IMG/VR virus record: IMGVR_UViG_3300043673_000084
Location: 2,219 to 66,218 of that record
DNA length: 64,000 nucleotides
Reading direction: 5' to 3' (one strand)
DNA from: a virus
Lineage: Duplodnaviria > Caudoviricetes
Shown here: positions 9,279-17,985 of the stretch, piece after piece
Layout: each line of letters starts with the position of its first letter
Position numbering within the stretch: the stretch's first letter is position 1
Position numbers and translations under genes: made by a program
The notes under the pieces: model-generated
Told to the model about the DNA's origin: nothing
Database searches by the model: none
Seen by the model: the letters and a program-made list of their open reading frames with translations, nothing else

Positions 9279-10569
9279 AAAGCTAAACTATCTTTTCTTC
9301 GAACCGGACGCGGCGAACGATCCGGTTTATGTGCCCAGTCGCTACAAGGTCGCCTATGGCGGCCGCGGCTCGGCGAAGTCGTGGGGCTTTGCGCGCCTGG
9401 CGCTGGTGCTGGCCACCAAGTTCAAGCTGCGCGTGCTGTGCGTGCGCGAGCTGCAGAATTCGATTCAGGAGTCGATACACAAACTCCTGTCTGACCAGAT
9501 TGATGCCCTTGGACTGTCTGCGTTCTACACGGTGCAGAACAACGGGATCTTCGGCACCAACGGCTCAGAATTCATTTTCGCCGGCATCAAGACCGATCCC
9601 GGCAAGATCAAGTCGACGGAAGGCATCGACATATGCCTGGTCGAAGAGGCCGAGAAGGTCAGCGAAACAAGCTGGCGAATTCTCATCCCCACCATCCGCA
9701 AGCGCGGATCTGAGATTTGGGTTTGCTTCAATCCTCGCGATGAAACGGATCCGACCTATAAGCGGTTCGTGCTGCGCACCCCGCCGGGATGTCGCCGCGT
9801 CAAGATGGATTGGATGGACAATCCGTGGTTCCCCAAGGAACTCGAGCTCGAGCGCCAGTACGCGCTCCTGTTGATCAACGAAGCCACAGACGACGACGAC
9901 CGCGCTCAAGCGCAGGCGGATTACGATCATGTGTGGGAAGGCGCCACCCAGAAGAACAGCAACGCCAGCGTGTTCCGCCGGCGCGTCGTGGTCGAATCCT
10001 TCGAGCCGCTTCCAGACACACGTTTCTACTTTGGCGCGGACTGGGGCTTTGCGAACGACCCCACCGCATTGGTCCGCTTCTGGATCACGGAAACGTGGGT
10101 TTCGGTAACCGATAACGAAGGGCGCACCAGTGACGTTCAGGTTCAAGAGCTTTGGATCGATCATGAAGCGTTTGGGTATCGGGTCGAAATCGACGAAACG
10201 CCGAAGCTATTTGACGCTGTGCCTGGCTCGCGGACATGGCCTATCAAGGCTGATTGCTCGCGCCCAGAGACGATCAGCTATGTCGGCCGCCAAGGCTTCA
10301 ACATCGTCGGCGCCGAGAAGTGGGATGGAAGCCTCGAAGACGGCGTAGCCCATCTCAAGGGCTACCACAAAATTCATATCCATACCCGCTGCAAGCATAT
10401 GCAGGAAGAGGCGCGGCTTTATGCTTACAAAACAGATCGTGTCACGAGCGAAGTGCTTCCCATCATCGTTGATCGCCACAACCACGGATGGGATGCGGTT
10501 CGCTACGGTCACGATGGGATCATTCAGCGCCGCGGACTCGCCGGTAAGTGGGCGCGGCTCGCTGGGTAG
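9184..10569 (+). CDS. terL: Terminase large subunit (PBSX/SPP1 type)
   Basis: YGGRGSAKS Walker A, VEEAE Walker B, FNP, GADWGFANDPT, NHGWDAVRY. Confidence 0.95.
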   Translation: MADPAKQLTLAEAVLLEIESQQQKKPQSLLPEKLNYLFFEPDAANDPVYVPSRYKVAYGGRGSAKSWGFARLALVLATKFKLRVLCVRELQNSIQESIHKLLSDQIDALGLSAFYTVQNNGIFGTNGSEFIFAGIKTDPGKIKSTEGIDICLVEEAEKVSETSWRILIPTIRKRGSEIWVCFNPRDETDPTYKRFVLRTPPGCRRVKMDWMDNPWFPKELELERQYALLLINEATDDDDRAQAQADYDHVWEGATQKNSNASVFRRRVVVESFEPLPDTRFYFGADWGFANDPTALVRFWITETWVSVTDNEGRTSDVQVQELWIDHEAFGYRVEIDETPKLFDAVPGSRTWPIKADCSRPETISYVGRQGFNIVGAEKWDGSLEDGVAHLKGYHKIHIHTRCKHMQEEARLYAYKTDRVTSEVLPIIVDRHNHGWDAVRYGHDGIIQRRGLAGKWARLAG

Positions 10570-10571
10570 CC

Positions 10572-12029
10572 ATGGCCTATAAGAAGGCGCCGCCGAAGGT
10601 TTCGGGCAAGTCGTTCCGTACCGCCGACAGCTTCCAGAACTTCATCGCCCACGTCGGCCAGGGCACCGGCAACCAGAACGATGGCGCGCGCTACGGATTC
10701 AACCCCGTAACGCGCAACCGTTTGCAGATGGAATGGGTGTATCGCGGATCATGGATCGCTGGACAGGCCGTCGATTGCGTCGCGGAGGACATGACTCGCG
10801 AAGGCATTGAGATCAACACCAGCGTCAAGCCAGACGAGATCCAGGAATTCGATAAGGACGTCGCCACGTTGCGCGTCTGGGACCAGCTATCCGAGACCAT
10901 CAAATGGTCCAGGCTCTACGGCGGGTCCGTGGCCTTCATGATGATCGATGGGCAGAACGAGTCGACGCCGCTGCGCCTGGAGACGATTCGCAAAGACCAG
11001 TTCAAGGGGCTGCTGCCGCTGGACCGGTGGATGCTGAATCCCTCCCTCTCGGATCTGGTGTCCGACTACGGGCCGTACTTCGGCAAGCCCAAGTACTACA
11101 CGACGACACCCGACGCCATGGGCATGCCGCGCATGAAGATTCACTACTCGCGCGTCATTCGCATGGAAGGCGTCCTGTTGCCGTACTGGCAGCGCACGAC
11201 CGAAAATCTGTGGGGCCAATCGATCGTTGAGCGGTTATGGGACCGCCTCGTCGCATTCGATTCGACCACGACCGGCGCCGCGCAAATGGTCTACAAAGCG
11301 CACCTTCGCACCTACAAGGTCGAAGGCTTGCGCGACATCATCGCCGCCGGCGGCAAGGCATATGCAGGCCTGCTGAAGCAAATCGAGATGATCCGAATCT
11401 TTCAGTCCAACGAGGGCATCACCCTCATGGATGCGAAAGACGAATTTGAGACGCATCAGTACGCATTCGCCGGATTGGACGCGTTGTTGATGCAGTTCGG
11501 CCAGCAGCTATCCGGTGCGCTCGGCATTCCCCTGGTGCGCCTCTTCGGCCAATCGCCAGGAGGCTTGAATTCAACCGGTGAGTCCGACCTTCGGACCTAC
11601 TACGACAATATCAAGCGCCAGCAGGTGTCGTCGATCGGTCCCGGGCTCGAGAAGCTGTACCGCGTGATGTTCATCTCCAAGTTCGGCTCACCGCCGCCGG
11701 ACAAGTTCGAGCTCAACTTCGTGCCGCTGTGGCAATTGAGCGCGAAAGAGAAGTCCGAGAACGCGGATCGCAATACCAAGGCGATCACGACCGCTTACGA
11801 GGCGCAAATCATCAAGCGCGCCACAGCGCTGCGCGAGTTGAAGGAACAGTCACGCGAGACCGGCCTGTTCACCAGCATCCAGGAAGACGAGATCAACGAA
11901 GCCGAAAATGACCAAACACCGTCGCCTGAAGCATTGGGACTCGAGATCCCAAAGCCAGCCGTCGCGCCAGGGGCGCAAGGGGCCGGTAAACCTAAAGCGG
12001 CCAAGCCGGGATTACGGGCGGTCTCTTAA
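10572..12029 (+). CDS. Portal protein (DUF1073 family)
   Basis: YRGSWIAGQAVDCVAEDMTREG, WSRLYGG, IPLVRLFGQSPGGLNSTGESDLRTYYD. Confidence 0.92.
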   Translation: MAYKKAPPKVSGKSFRTADSFQNFIAHVGQGTGNQNDGARYGFNPVTRNRLQMEWVYRGSWIAGQAVDCVAEDMTREGIEINTSVKPDEIQEFDKDVATLRVWDQLSETIKWSRLYGGSVAFMMIDGQNESTPLRLETIRKDQFKGLLPLDRWMLNPSLSDLVSDYGPYFGKPKYYTTTPDAMGMPRMKIHYSRVIRMEGVLLPYWQRTTENLWGQSIVERLWDRLVAFDSTTTGAAQMVYKAHLRTYKVEGLRDIIAAGGKAYAGLLKQIEMIRIFQSNEGITLMDAKDEFETHQYAFAGLDALLMQFGQQLSGALGIPLVRLFGQSPGGLNSTGESDLRTYYDNIKRQQVSSIGPGLEKLYRVMFISKFGSPPPDKFELNFVPLWQLSAKEKSENADRNTKAITTAYEAQIIKRATALRELKEQSRETGLFTSIQEDEINEAENDQTPSPEALGLEIPKPAVAPGAQGAGKPKAAKPGLRAVS

Positions 12030-12693
12030 GAAAATCGGGCAGCACGTCGGCGAGTTGATCACCGGCTTTCCGGCGGGCGTGCCGGATCTGCTGCCATCGC
12101 TCATCCAATTGCTGGACGCCTACGCAGACGCATTGAAGCCATGGGCCCGCGCGACAGCGACGCGAATGATCATGGATGTCGACGGCCAGGACCGCGCCAG
12201 TTGGCGGGCTCTTGGCAATGCCATCTCGGCTCAATTGCGCAACGACATCCTGAATACACCGGTGGGCGAAATCATGCGCTCTCGTCTGGATGAGCAAGTC
12301 ACGCTGATTACTTCGTTGCCGATTGAAGCCGGCAAGCGCGTCCATGAGTTGACGCTGAAAGGCCTTGATGACTCGCGGCGCTACCAGGAAGTCGCTGAGG
12401 AAATCGGCAGATCGGGCGAGGTCACAGAGAGCCGCGCAATTCTGATAGCACGCACGGAAACATCGCGCACCGCATCGGGACTCGACGAGGCGCGCGCCAC
12501 CTACAACGGCTTCCCGGACTACATCTGGCACACCGCGGAGGACGGCGACGTCCGCCCCGGCCACCAGGAAATGGACGGCAAGGTCTGCCAGTGGGCGAGC
12601 CCGCCGGCGGTCAACGAGAACGGCCGAATCATGCATTTCCACCCGGGCTGCATCTGGAATTGCCGCTGCTGGGCTGAACCCATCATTCATTGA
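11908..12693 (+). CDS. Head morphogenesis protein (SPP1 gp7/Mu F family)
   Basis: RAILIARTET, YIWHTAEDGDVRPGH, HPGCIWNCRC; start uncertain. Confidence 0.88.
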   Translation: MTKHRRLKHWDSRSQSQPSRQGRKGPVNLKRPSRDYGRSLKKIGQHVGELITGFPAGVPDLLPSLIQLLDAYADALKPWARATATRMIMDVDGQDRASWRALGNAISAQLRNDILNTPVGEIMRSRLDEQVTLITSLPIEAGKRVHELTLKGLDDSRRYQEVAEEIGRSGEVTESRAILIARTETSRTASGLDEARATYNGFPDYIWHTAEDGDVRPGHQEMDGKVCQWASPPAVNENGRIMHFHPGCIWNCRCWAEPIIH

Positions 12694-12699
12694 GGAACT

Positions 12700-12987
12700 A
12701 TGAACTCCAACATCCCATTGGTTGTGAACAATGTAGTTCAGCCTGCGACATTGTTCCCTGGTGGAAATGCTGTATTGAGCGCAGCAGCGTCGGTGTTTCC
12801 AACATCAGTAGCGGTTCAGGTGCTGCTTCCTGATGGCGTGACGTTCTTCACGACCACTCTGACCCTTTCGGCCAATGGCATCACTGCGGGAGTCGCGCTT
12901 CCGCCCGGCAAAGTTCAAGCGCTGGTGACCGGTTCACCAACTGGTTTGTTCGCCAACCTGCAACTCGTTCCCACGAATCTCAATTAA
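12700..12987 (+). CDS. Small beta-rich putative virion protein
   Basis: GAGG RBS; V/T/G/A-rich. Confidence 0.6.
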   Translation: MNSNIPLVVNNVVQPATLFPGGNAVLSAAASVFPTSVAVQVLLPDGVTFFTTTLTLSANGITAGVALPPGKVQALVTGSPTGLFANLQLVPTNLN

Positions 12988-12996
12988 GGATTTCCC

Positions 12997-13431
12997 ATGG
13001 CAGCAACAGCTTCGACCCAGCTTGACGGACGCGCAGACTCTCAGACGCCCGATGGCCAGCAGCAGTCCACGTTCCCCAATGTGGTCGCGTCGCGCTACGC
13101 CTACGAGTCATCGACCGATGGCATCGTTGCGCACTCGGGCGGCGGCCAGGCGAATGCCGTACCTCTGACCACGCAGATGAACCGCGTCATCACGGTTGCG
13201 GCGGCCAATGATTCAGTCGTTCTTCCTCCCTCGCAGAAGGGACTTCAGATCACGGTCACGAATGCTGCCGCAGCAAACTCATTGAATATTTTTCCAAGCG
13301 CCGCCGGGACCACGACTGAGGCAATCAATGGCCTCGGTGCGAACGCTGCATTTGCGCTCACAGCCGCCAAGACAGTGACATTCGCCTGCTACACCGCCGG
13401 TCTCTGGCACACGATCCCGCTGGTCCCGTAG
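12997..13431 (+). CDS. Putative virion fibre/decoration protein
   Basis: AAGGA RBS; GIVAHSGGGQANA..LT...NRVITVAAANDSVVLP. Confidence 0.6.
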   Translation: MAATASTQLDGRADSQTPDGQQQSTFPNVVASRYAYESSTDGIVAHSGGGQANAVPLTTQMNRVITVAAANDSVVLPPSQKGLQITVTNAAAANSLNIFPSAAGTTTEAINGLGANAAFALTAAKTVTFACYTAGLWHTIPLVP

Positions 13432-13434
13432 CCG

Positions 13435-15582
13435 ATGCGCTCTTTTCGCCTATTCCTGCTGGGATTACTGGCGGCGGTCTCGCTGCCGCTGGGCGCCTCG
13501 CAGCAGATCATCAATGTCGCGACCCCCAACAGCGGGCTCGGGGATCCGGCATTCACCGCGTTCAACAAGACAAACTCGAACTTCACTGAGCTCTACAGCA
13601 GCCTGGTGACGCCCTCGCTGTCCGCCAATGAGGTTTTCGCATCGCCGGCCACGGCTGGCGGGATTCCCTCGTTCCGTCCGCTGACGGCCTCTGATTTCCC
13701 ACCGAACATCAGCGCAAGCGTATTCGGTCAAGTTTATGTCCTTGCATCCGGGGACACTACAGGTACTCAGGATCTGCTGAATATTCAGGCGGCCGCTACG
13801 GCTCTCAGCGCCAGCAACCGCTTGCCGCCTTTGGCGTCTTCGTTCTTTGCGACGAAGAGAATAATCCTGGGACCAGGGACGTTCTTTTTCACGCAAAACC
13901 GAGTAGGACTGCTTCCCGCAACCACGCTAAAGATGATGGGTTTCTGGCTGCAGGGGTCAGGAAAGGCGGTCACATCGATCGATTACAACCCATCGGTGAG
14001 CGGTCCGATGATGGTCAACCAGCAATGGCTGGATCTGAAGATGTCCGATCTGACCTTCATCGGTCACGACGCGAACAGCGATTTCATGTGGGCCCAGGAG
14101 CAGGCCGGCATCAGCAACATCCAGGATTACACTTACCAGGATGTTGAATGGGGTGGAACTTGGGGATCGATCTTCAGGCTCACCGGCGGAAACAATAACA
14201 GCGAGTGGAAGTTTGACCGCGACTCTGTTACTGGATCTGTTACCAATTGGATCTACGTTCCGCCGGCGGTAGCCACCGCGATTACAGCCGGATCGAGCAC
14301 GATTGCCATTACCAATACGGCTAGTCAGGTCCAGGTTGGAGACACCGGGTTCTTCAGCAACTCGGTGGTACCTCTGTTCGGCAATACTCAGTACTTCGTT
14401 GTCAGCGCCACGCCCTCGTCATTCCAGGTGTCAACGACCCGCGGCGGGTCTGCTGTTGTCTTTGCGACCAATGGAACACCGGCATTCCAAACTGGAAACG
14501 ACCAGTTCCTGAACTTCTGGTTCAGCAAGTGCAAGTTTTGGACCGGCACGTCTCCAGGCCAGTGGATCAACATGAGCTACGGCGGCAGCATCAAGATCCG
14601 CGATTCGGATGCATCCAACCATGCTCCAGCCTCTGTATCTTACTTGTTCAATCTATTGGCAACTCAAAATGGACCGCACAGCGCCGGTGTGATGAATTTC
14701 GAGGTTGACGGTTTGCGCATAGAGCACGCCAGCACAAATTCACGGACGATTCACTCGCAATGGACGAATGGCAACGTCATTTTCAACAACCTGGACGAGA
14801 GCTCACAGGCCGGCCGGTGGCCGTCGACGAATGCATACGCTTTCTACGAGATCATCAACAACAACGGCCCGATCATCGAGTACCGTAATTCGCAACTGGC
14901 TGGTGTGCATAACTACGCCAATGGCGTGAGCAACTTCACGAGGCAGAATGATGTTCTGTACGAGAACGTAACGCTGCTGGAGACCCCGACTGCCGCCAAT
15001 TTCATCACTCTTACGAGCAGCGGCAACTCTGGCGGATTGCCACGGATCCGGTTCACGAAGTCTCGCAACAACTTAAGTTCCAGCACGACCGGATACCACG
15101 AAGTAGTTGACACCGACCTGAACTGGAATCTTAGCTCTGGTGGCCAGACAGACTCGAAGATCACATCGTGCGTCAGTGCGAATAGTGACTGGCCATTCAG
15201 CGGCGGCAATGTCCAGTTCCGCCTCCCTCTCAATGCGATGATCACGCGCATTCGATACTGGAATCCAACGGGGTCTGGGGCTGGCGGATCGTACAACTAT
15301 TCGATACAGACCATGGAAAGCACGCCAACCGTGCTTGCGACGATCACTGGAGCCAACTCATCGACGCCGGTTCCGGCGAGTTCAATGGTTTCTGTGACGC
15401 CAAATTTCGTCATGACATCGGACTCGGCTCGAACGATTGAGATTCTGGATTCGGCGAATCGCGCAGGCGCCTTCATAGGCCTCTATTGCTTGATCGACTA
15501 TATCGGCAGCACGTGGACGCCATTCGGCCCAGCGAACGACGATATCTTCGACATGGATGCTGACCGCGCTCGCGCGGCATAA
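13435..15582 (+). CDS. Large beta-helix (tailspike/pectin-lyase-like) protein with a signal-peptide-like leader
   Basis: MRSFRLFLLGLLAAVSLPLGA leader; INVATPNSGLGDPAFTAFNKTNSNFTELY fibre-anchor motif; GDTTGTQDLLNIQAA..IILGPGTF beta-helix cap. Confidence 0.6.
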   Translation: MRSFRLFLLGLLAAVSLPLGASQQIINVATPNSGLGDPAFTAFNKTNSNFTELYSSLVTPSLSANEVFASPATAGGIPSFRPLTASDFPPNISASVFGQVYVLASGDTTGTQDLLNIQAAATALSASNRLPPLASSFFATKRIILGPGTFFFTQNRVGLLPATTLKMMGFWLQGSGKAVTSIDYNPSVSGPMMVNQQWLDLKMSDLTFIGHDANSDFMWAQEQAGISNIQDYTYQDVEWGGTWGSIFRLTGGNNNSEWKFDRDSVTGSVTNWIYVPPAVATAITAGSSTIAITNTASQVQVGDTGFFSNSVVPLFGNTQYFVVSATPSSFQVSTTRGGSAVVFATNGTPAFQTGNDQFLNFWFSKCKFWTGTSPGQWINMSYGGSIKIRDSDASNHAPASVSYLFNLLATQNGPHSAGVMNFEVDGLRIEHASTNSRTIHSQWTNGNVIFNNLDESSQAGRWPSTNAYAFYEIINNNGPIIEYRNSQLAGVHNYANGVSNFTRQNDVLYENVTLLETPTAANFITLTSSGNSGGLPRIRFTKSRNNLSSSTTGYHEVVDTDLNWNLSSGGQTDSKITSCVSANSDWPFSGGNVQFRLPLNAMITRIRYWNPTGSGAGGSYNYSIQTMESTPTVLATITGANSSTPVPASSMVSVTPNFVMTSDSARTIEILDSANRAGAFIGLYCLIDYIGSTWTPFGPANDDIFDMDADRARAA

Positions 15583-15607
15583 CCAAACCTCCAAGGCATC
15601 CCATCGA

Positions 15608-17032
15608 ATGAGTAATGCGGCGGCCGGGCTTATCGGACAAGCCCCTGGCGTCATCGTCATGGACGAGAAAACGAAGTACACGAAAATGTGGGACTTCCCC
15701 CAGTACCGGGCGGTTGCGCCGGGCCAGCATGTCGCACCCCTGTTTCTGCAGGAAGCGCGTCCAAAGCCAGGATCCACGGTTACCGACTTCGGCGCCGGCA
15801 CGGGCCGCGGCGCGATGATTCTGGCGGCGGTTGGCGGTCTTCGCGTGCGAATGCTGGACTTCGCGGAGAATTGCCTGGACCCCGGTGTCAAGGCAATGGT
15901 CGAGGCGAACCCTGAGCAGATCGACTTCACGGTTCACGACCTGACCCAGCCATCGCCGTACACGACCGAATATGGGTACTGCTGCGACGTCATGGAGCAC
16001 ATTCCGAAGTGCCAGGTCAACGGAGTCATCGCGAACATTCTGCTGGGTGCTCAGCATGTGTTCTTCCAGATCGCCTGCGAGGATGACGTATGCGGGGCTC
16101 TTATCGGGCATCCGCTGCATCTCTCCGTTCATCCCTATGAGTGGTGGCTGAAGAAGCTGCAGGAATTCGACGCGGCAATCCACTGGTCGAAAGACTATGG
16201 CACGCATTGCTGCTTCTACGTGACTGCATGGCAAAAGTCCGATGACGTTGTAGCGCTCGGAATTCTCAACGTCGAGGACGAACAGGTCCGCAAGAACGTT
16301 GAAGAGAACCTCAATGGCGGCTGGTTGCAGATCAGCCCGCACGAGACCAACAGCCTGGACGCGATGATCCTTGGCGGCGGTCCTTCGATGAAGGCCGAAC
16401 TCGAGACGATCAAGCAGCTACGCGCCGAGGGAGTGAAGCTGATCACCTTGAACGGTGCATACAATTGGGCTGTTGAGAATGGTTTGGAGCCTTCGGCTCA
16501 GATCATTGTCGATGCCAGGCCATTCAATGCGCGCTTTGTGAAGCCGATTGTCGATGGCTGCAAGTACCTTCTTTCGAGCCAGTGCGACCCTTCGGTATTC
16601 GAGGGGATGCCAAAAGATCGCACTTTCATGTGGCACACCAGTACTGACATGATCAAAGACTTGCTGCAGGCGAAGTTGGAGCGCTGGTGGATTGTTCCAG
16701 GCGGCTCAACGGTGCTGTTGCGCGCGATCCCGCTCATGCGGATGCTCGGCTACAAGCGCTTTCATTTATTCGGCTGCGATTCGTGCGTCCAGACTGACCA
16801 CCATTCATACCCACAGCCTGAGAATGATAATCAGCCAACGTTCGACACGATTGTCGGCGGCCGCGTATTCCATGTAACGACTTGGATGCTTTCTCAGGCG
16901 CGAGAGTTTTGCGATCTCGTCAAGTTCCTTGGCGAAGAGATCGACCTTGAGATTCACGGAGACGGTTTGCTCAAGCACATCGTAGACACCGGCGCCGGTC
17001 TGGCTGACGAAGCCGAGTTCTCCCTTATTTAA
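15608..17032 (+). CDS. Class I SAM methyltransferase fused to a Maf/DUF115-like glycosyltransferase domain
   Basis: DFGAGTGRG and CCDVMEHIP; then ILGGGPSM, ITLNGAY, PGGSTV..RAI...LGYKRFHLFGCDS; start could be 15659. Confidence 0.75.
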   Translation: MSNAAAGLIGQAPGVIVMDEKTKYTKMWDFPQYRAVAPGQHVAPLFLQEARPKPGSTVTDFGAGTGRGAMILAAVGGLRVRMLDFAENCLDPGVKAMVEANPEQIDFTVHDLTQPSPYTTEYGYCCDVMEHIPKCQVNGVIANILLGAQHVFFQIACEDDVCGALIGHPLHLSVHPYEWWLKKLQEFDAAIHWSKDYGTHCCFYVTAWQKSDDVVALGILNVEDEQVRKNVEENLNGGWLQISPHETNSLDAMILGGGPSMKAELETIKQLRAEGVKLITLNGAYNWAVENGLEPSAQIIVDARPFNARFVKPIVDGCKYLLSSQCDPSVFEGMPKDRTFMWHTSTDMIKDLLQAKLERWWIVPGGSTVLLRAIPLMRMLGYKRFHLFGCDSCVQTDHHSYPQPENDNQPTFDTIVGGRVFHVTTWMLSQAREFCDLVKFLGEEIDLEIHGDGLLKHIVDTGAGLADEAEFSLI

Positions 17033-17107
17033 AGTATTTTTCATCTATTTACCGCTGGCACGCGCTCGCCGGCTGTTTTCATCAACTGACCAAACGAGGA
17101 TAAATTT

Positions 17108-17572
17108 ATGGCAGCGGGCACATGGAAAGCGTTTTCTAAGGCGAAGAAGTCTATCGGCAATGGCGGCATCACCTTCGGCGCCGGCGTGTTCAAGATGTCC
17201 CTGCATCGCGCATCTGCATCAGCCGCGCTTGCAGCGCTGGCAATCTCGACGTTTGCATCGCTCACCGGTGAGATCTCGGCGCGCGGCGGCTACGTCACAG
17301 GCGGTCGCAACATCGTCCCGGCCACGGGCCAGTGGACTGTCGGTGCTTCGGCGAAGCAGTACAAGTTCACGTACTCGAGCATTGGTCTGGTGTACACCGC
17401 GTCTGGTTCTGCGCTGAACAACATCAAGTACGCGGTCATTCGCAATTCGACTGGCGCAGGCGCCGGCAAGTTGCTGTGCTTCTGCACGTTGTCGTCTGCC
17501 GCGTTCACCATCGCGAGCCCGAACACGCTGACGATAACGCCCGCGGCCACGGGAATCTTCACCCTCACCTAA
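17108..17572 (+). CDS. Putative fibre subunit ('bead'-type structural protein)
   Basis: GAGG RBS; FKMSLH...EIS..GGYVTGG...YTASG....KYAVI...GKLLCF...LTITPAATGIFTL resembles a widespread small phage fibre subunit. Confidence 0.55.
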   Translation: MAAGTWKAFSKAKKSIGNGGITFGAGVFKMSLHRASASAALAALAISTFASLTGEISARGGYVTGGRNIVPATGQWTVGASAKQYKFTYSSIGLVYTASGSALNNIKYAVIRNSTGAGAGKLLCFCTLSSAAFTIASPNTLTITPAATGIFTLT

Positions 17573-17611
17573 TCGGTAGGGTCCGAGGACTTTCGACAAA
17601 GGAGAACTCTG

Positions 17612-17977
17612 GTGGCGTGGAGCATTAGTTACACGCCGCCAGTTCCAATAAATAGCGGCATACAGCCGCTCTCTGGCGCTCTGGCATTGGCTGGGATTTC
17701 GCCAACCGTCTCTGCTTCTGGTGGTACGCAAGGTACTTTGGTGATCACTCCGGCGGCCGCGGACGTTCCGCAGCCTGCAGTTGGTGTGCCATTTGAAGTC
17801 CCATTTACTTCAACCGGGACCGGGCCTTGGGTTTGGGTGAAGAATTCTGGAGCAGCTTGGTTTTCCATTGATCCGAGCACCGGCATCGGATCCGGCACGC
17901 CAACCACGCCTGAATCCGATCCGATATCGATAGGCGTCACGGATTCATTGGGCGCAACCGGTACGTTGAATTTTTGA
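17612..17977 (+). CDS. Ig-like (He_PIG-type) domain protein
   Basis: AAGGAG RBS + GTG; W.SIDPSTG..SGTPT....ISIGVTDSLGAT. Confidence 0.65.
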   Translation: MAWSISYTPPVPINSGIQPLSGALALAGISPTVSASGGTQGTLVITPAAADVPQPAVGVPFEVPFTSTGTGPWVWVKNSGAAWFSIDPSTGIGSGTPTTPESDPISIGVTDSLGATGTLNF

Positions 17978-17985
17978 GGATTTCT

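Noticed and set aside
10572-12029. Anti-CBASS Acb1 label sometimes attached to DUF1073 proteins
   Set aside because: Size and position after terL identify it as the portal; no separate phosphoesterase domain seen.
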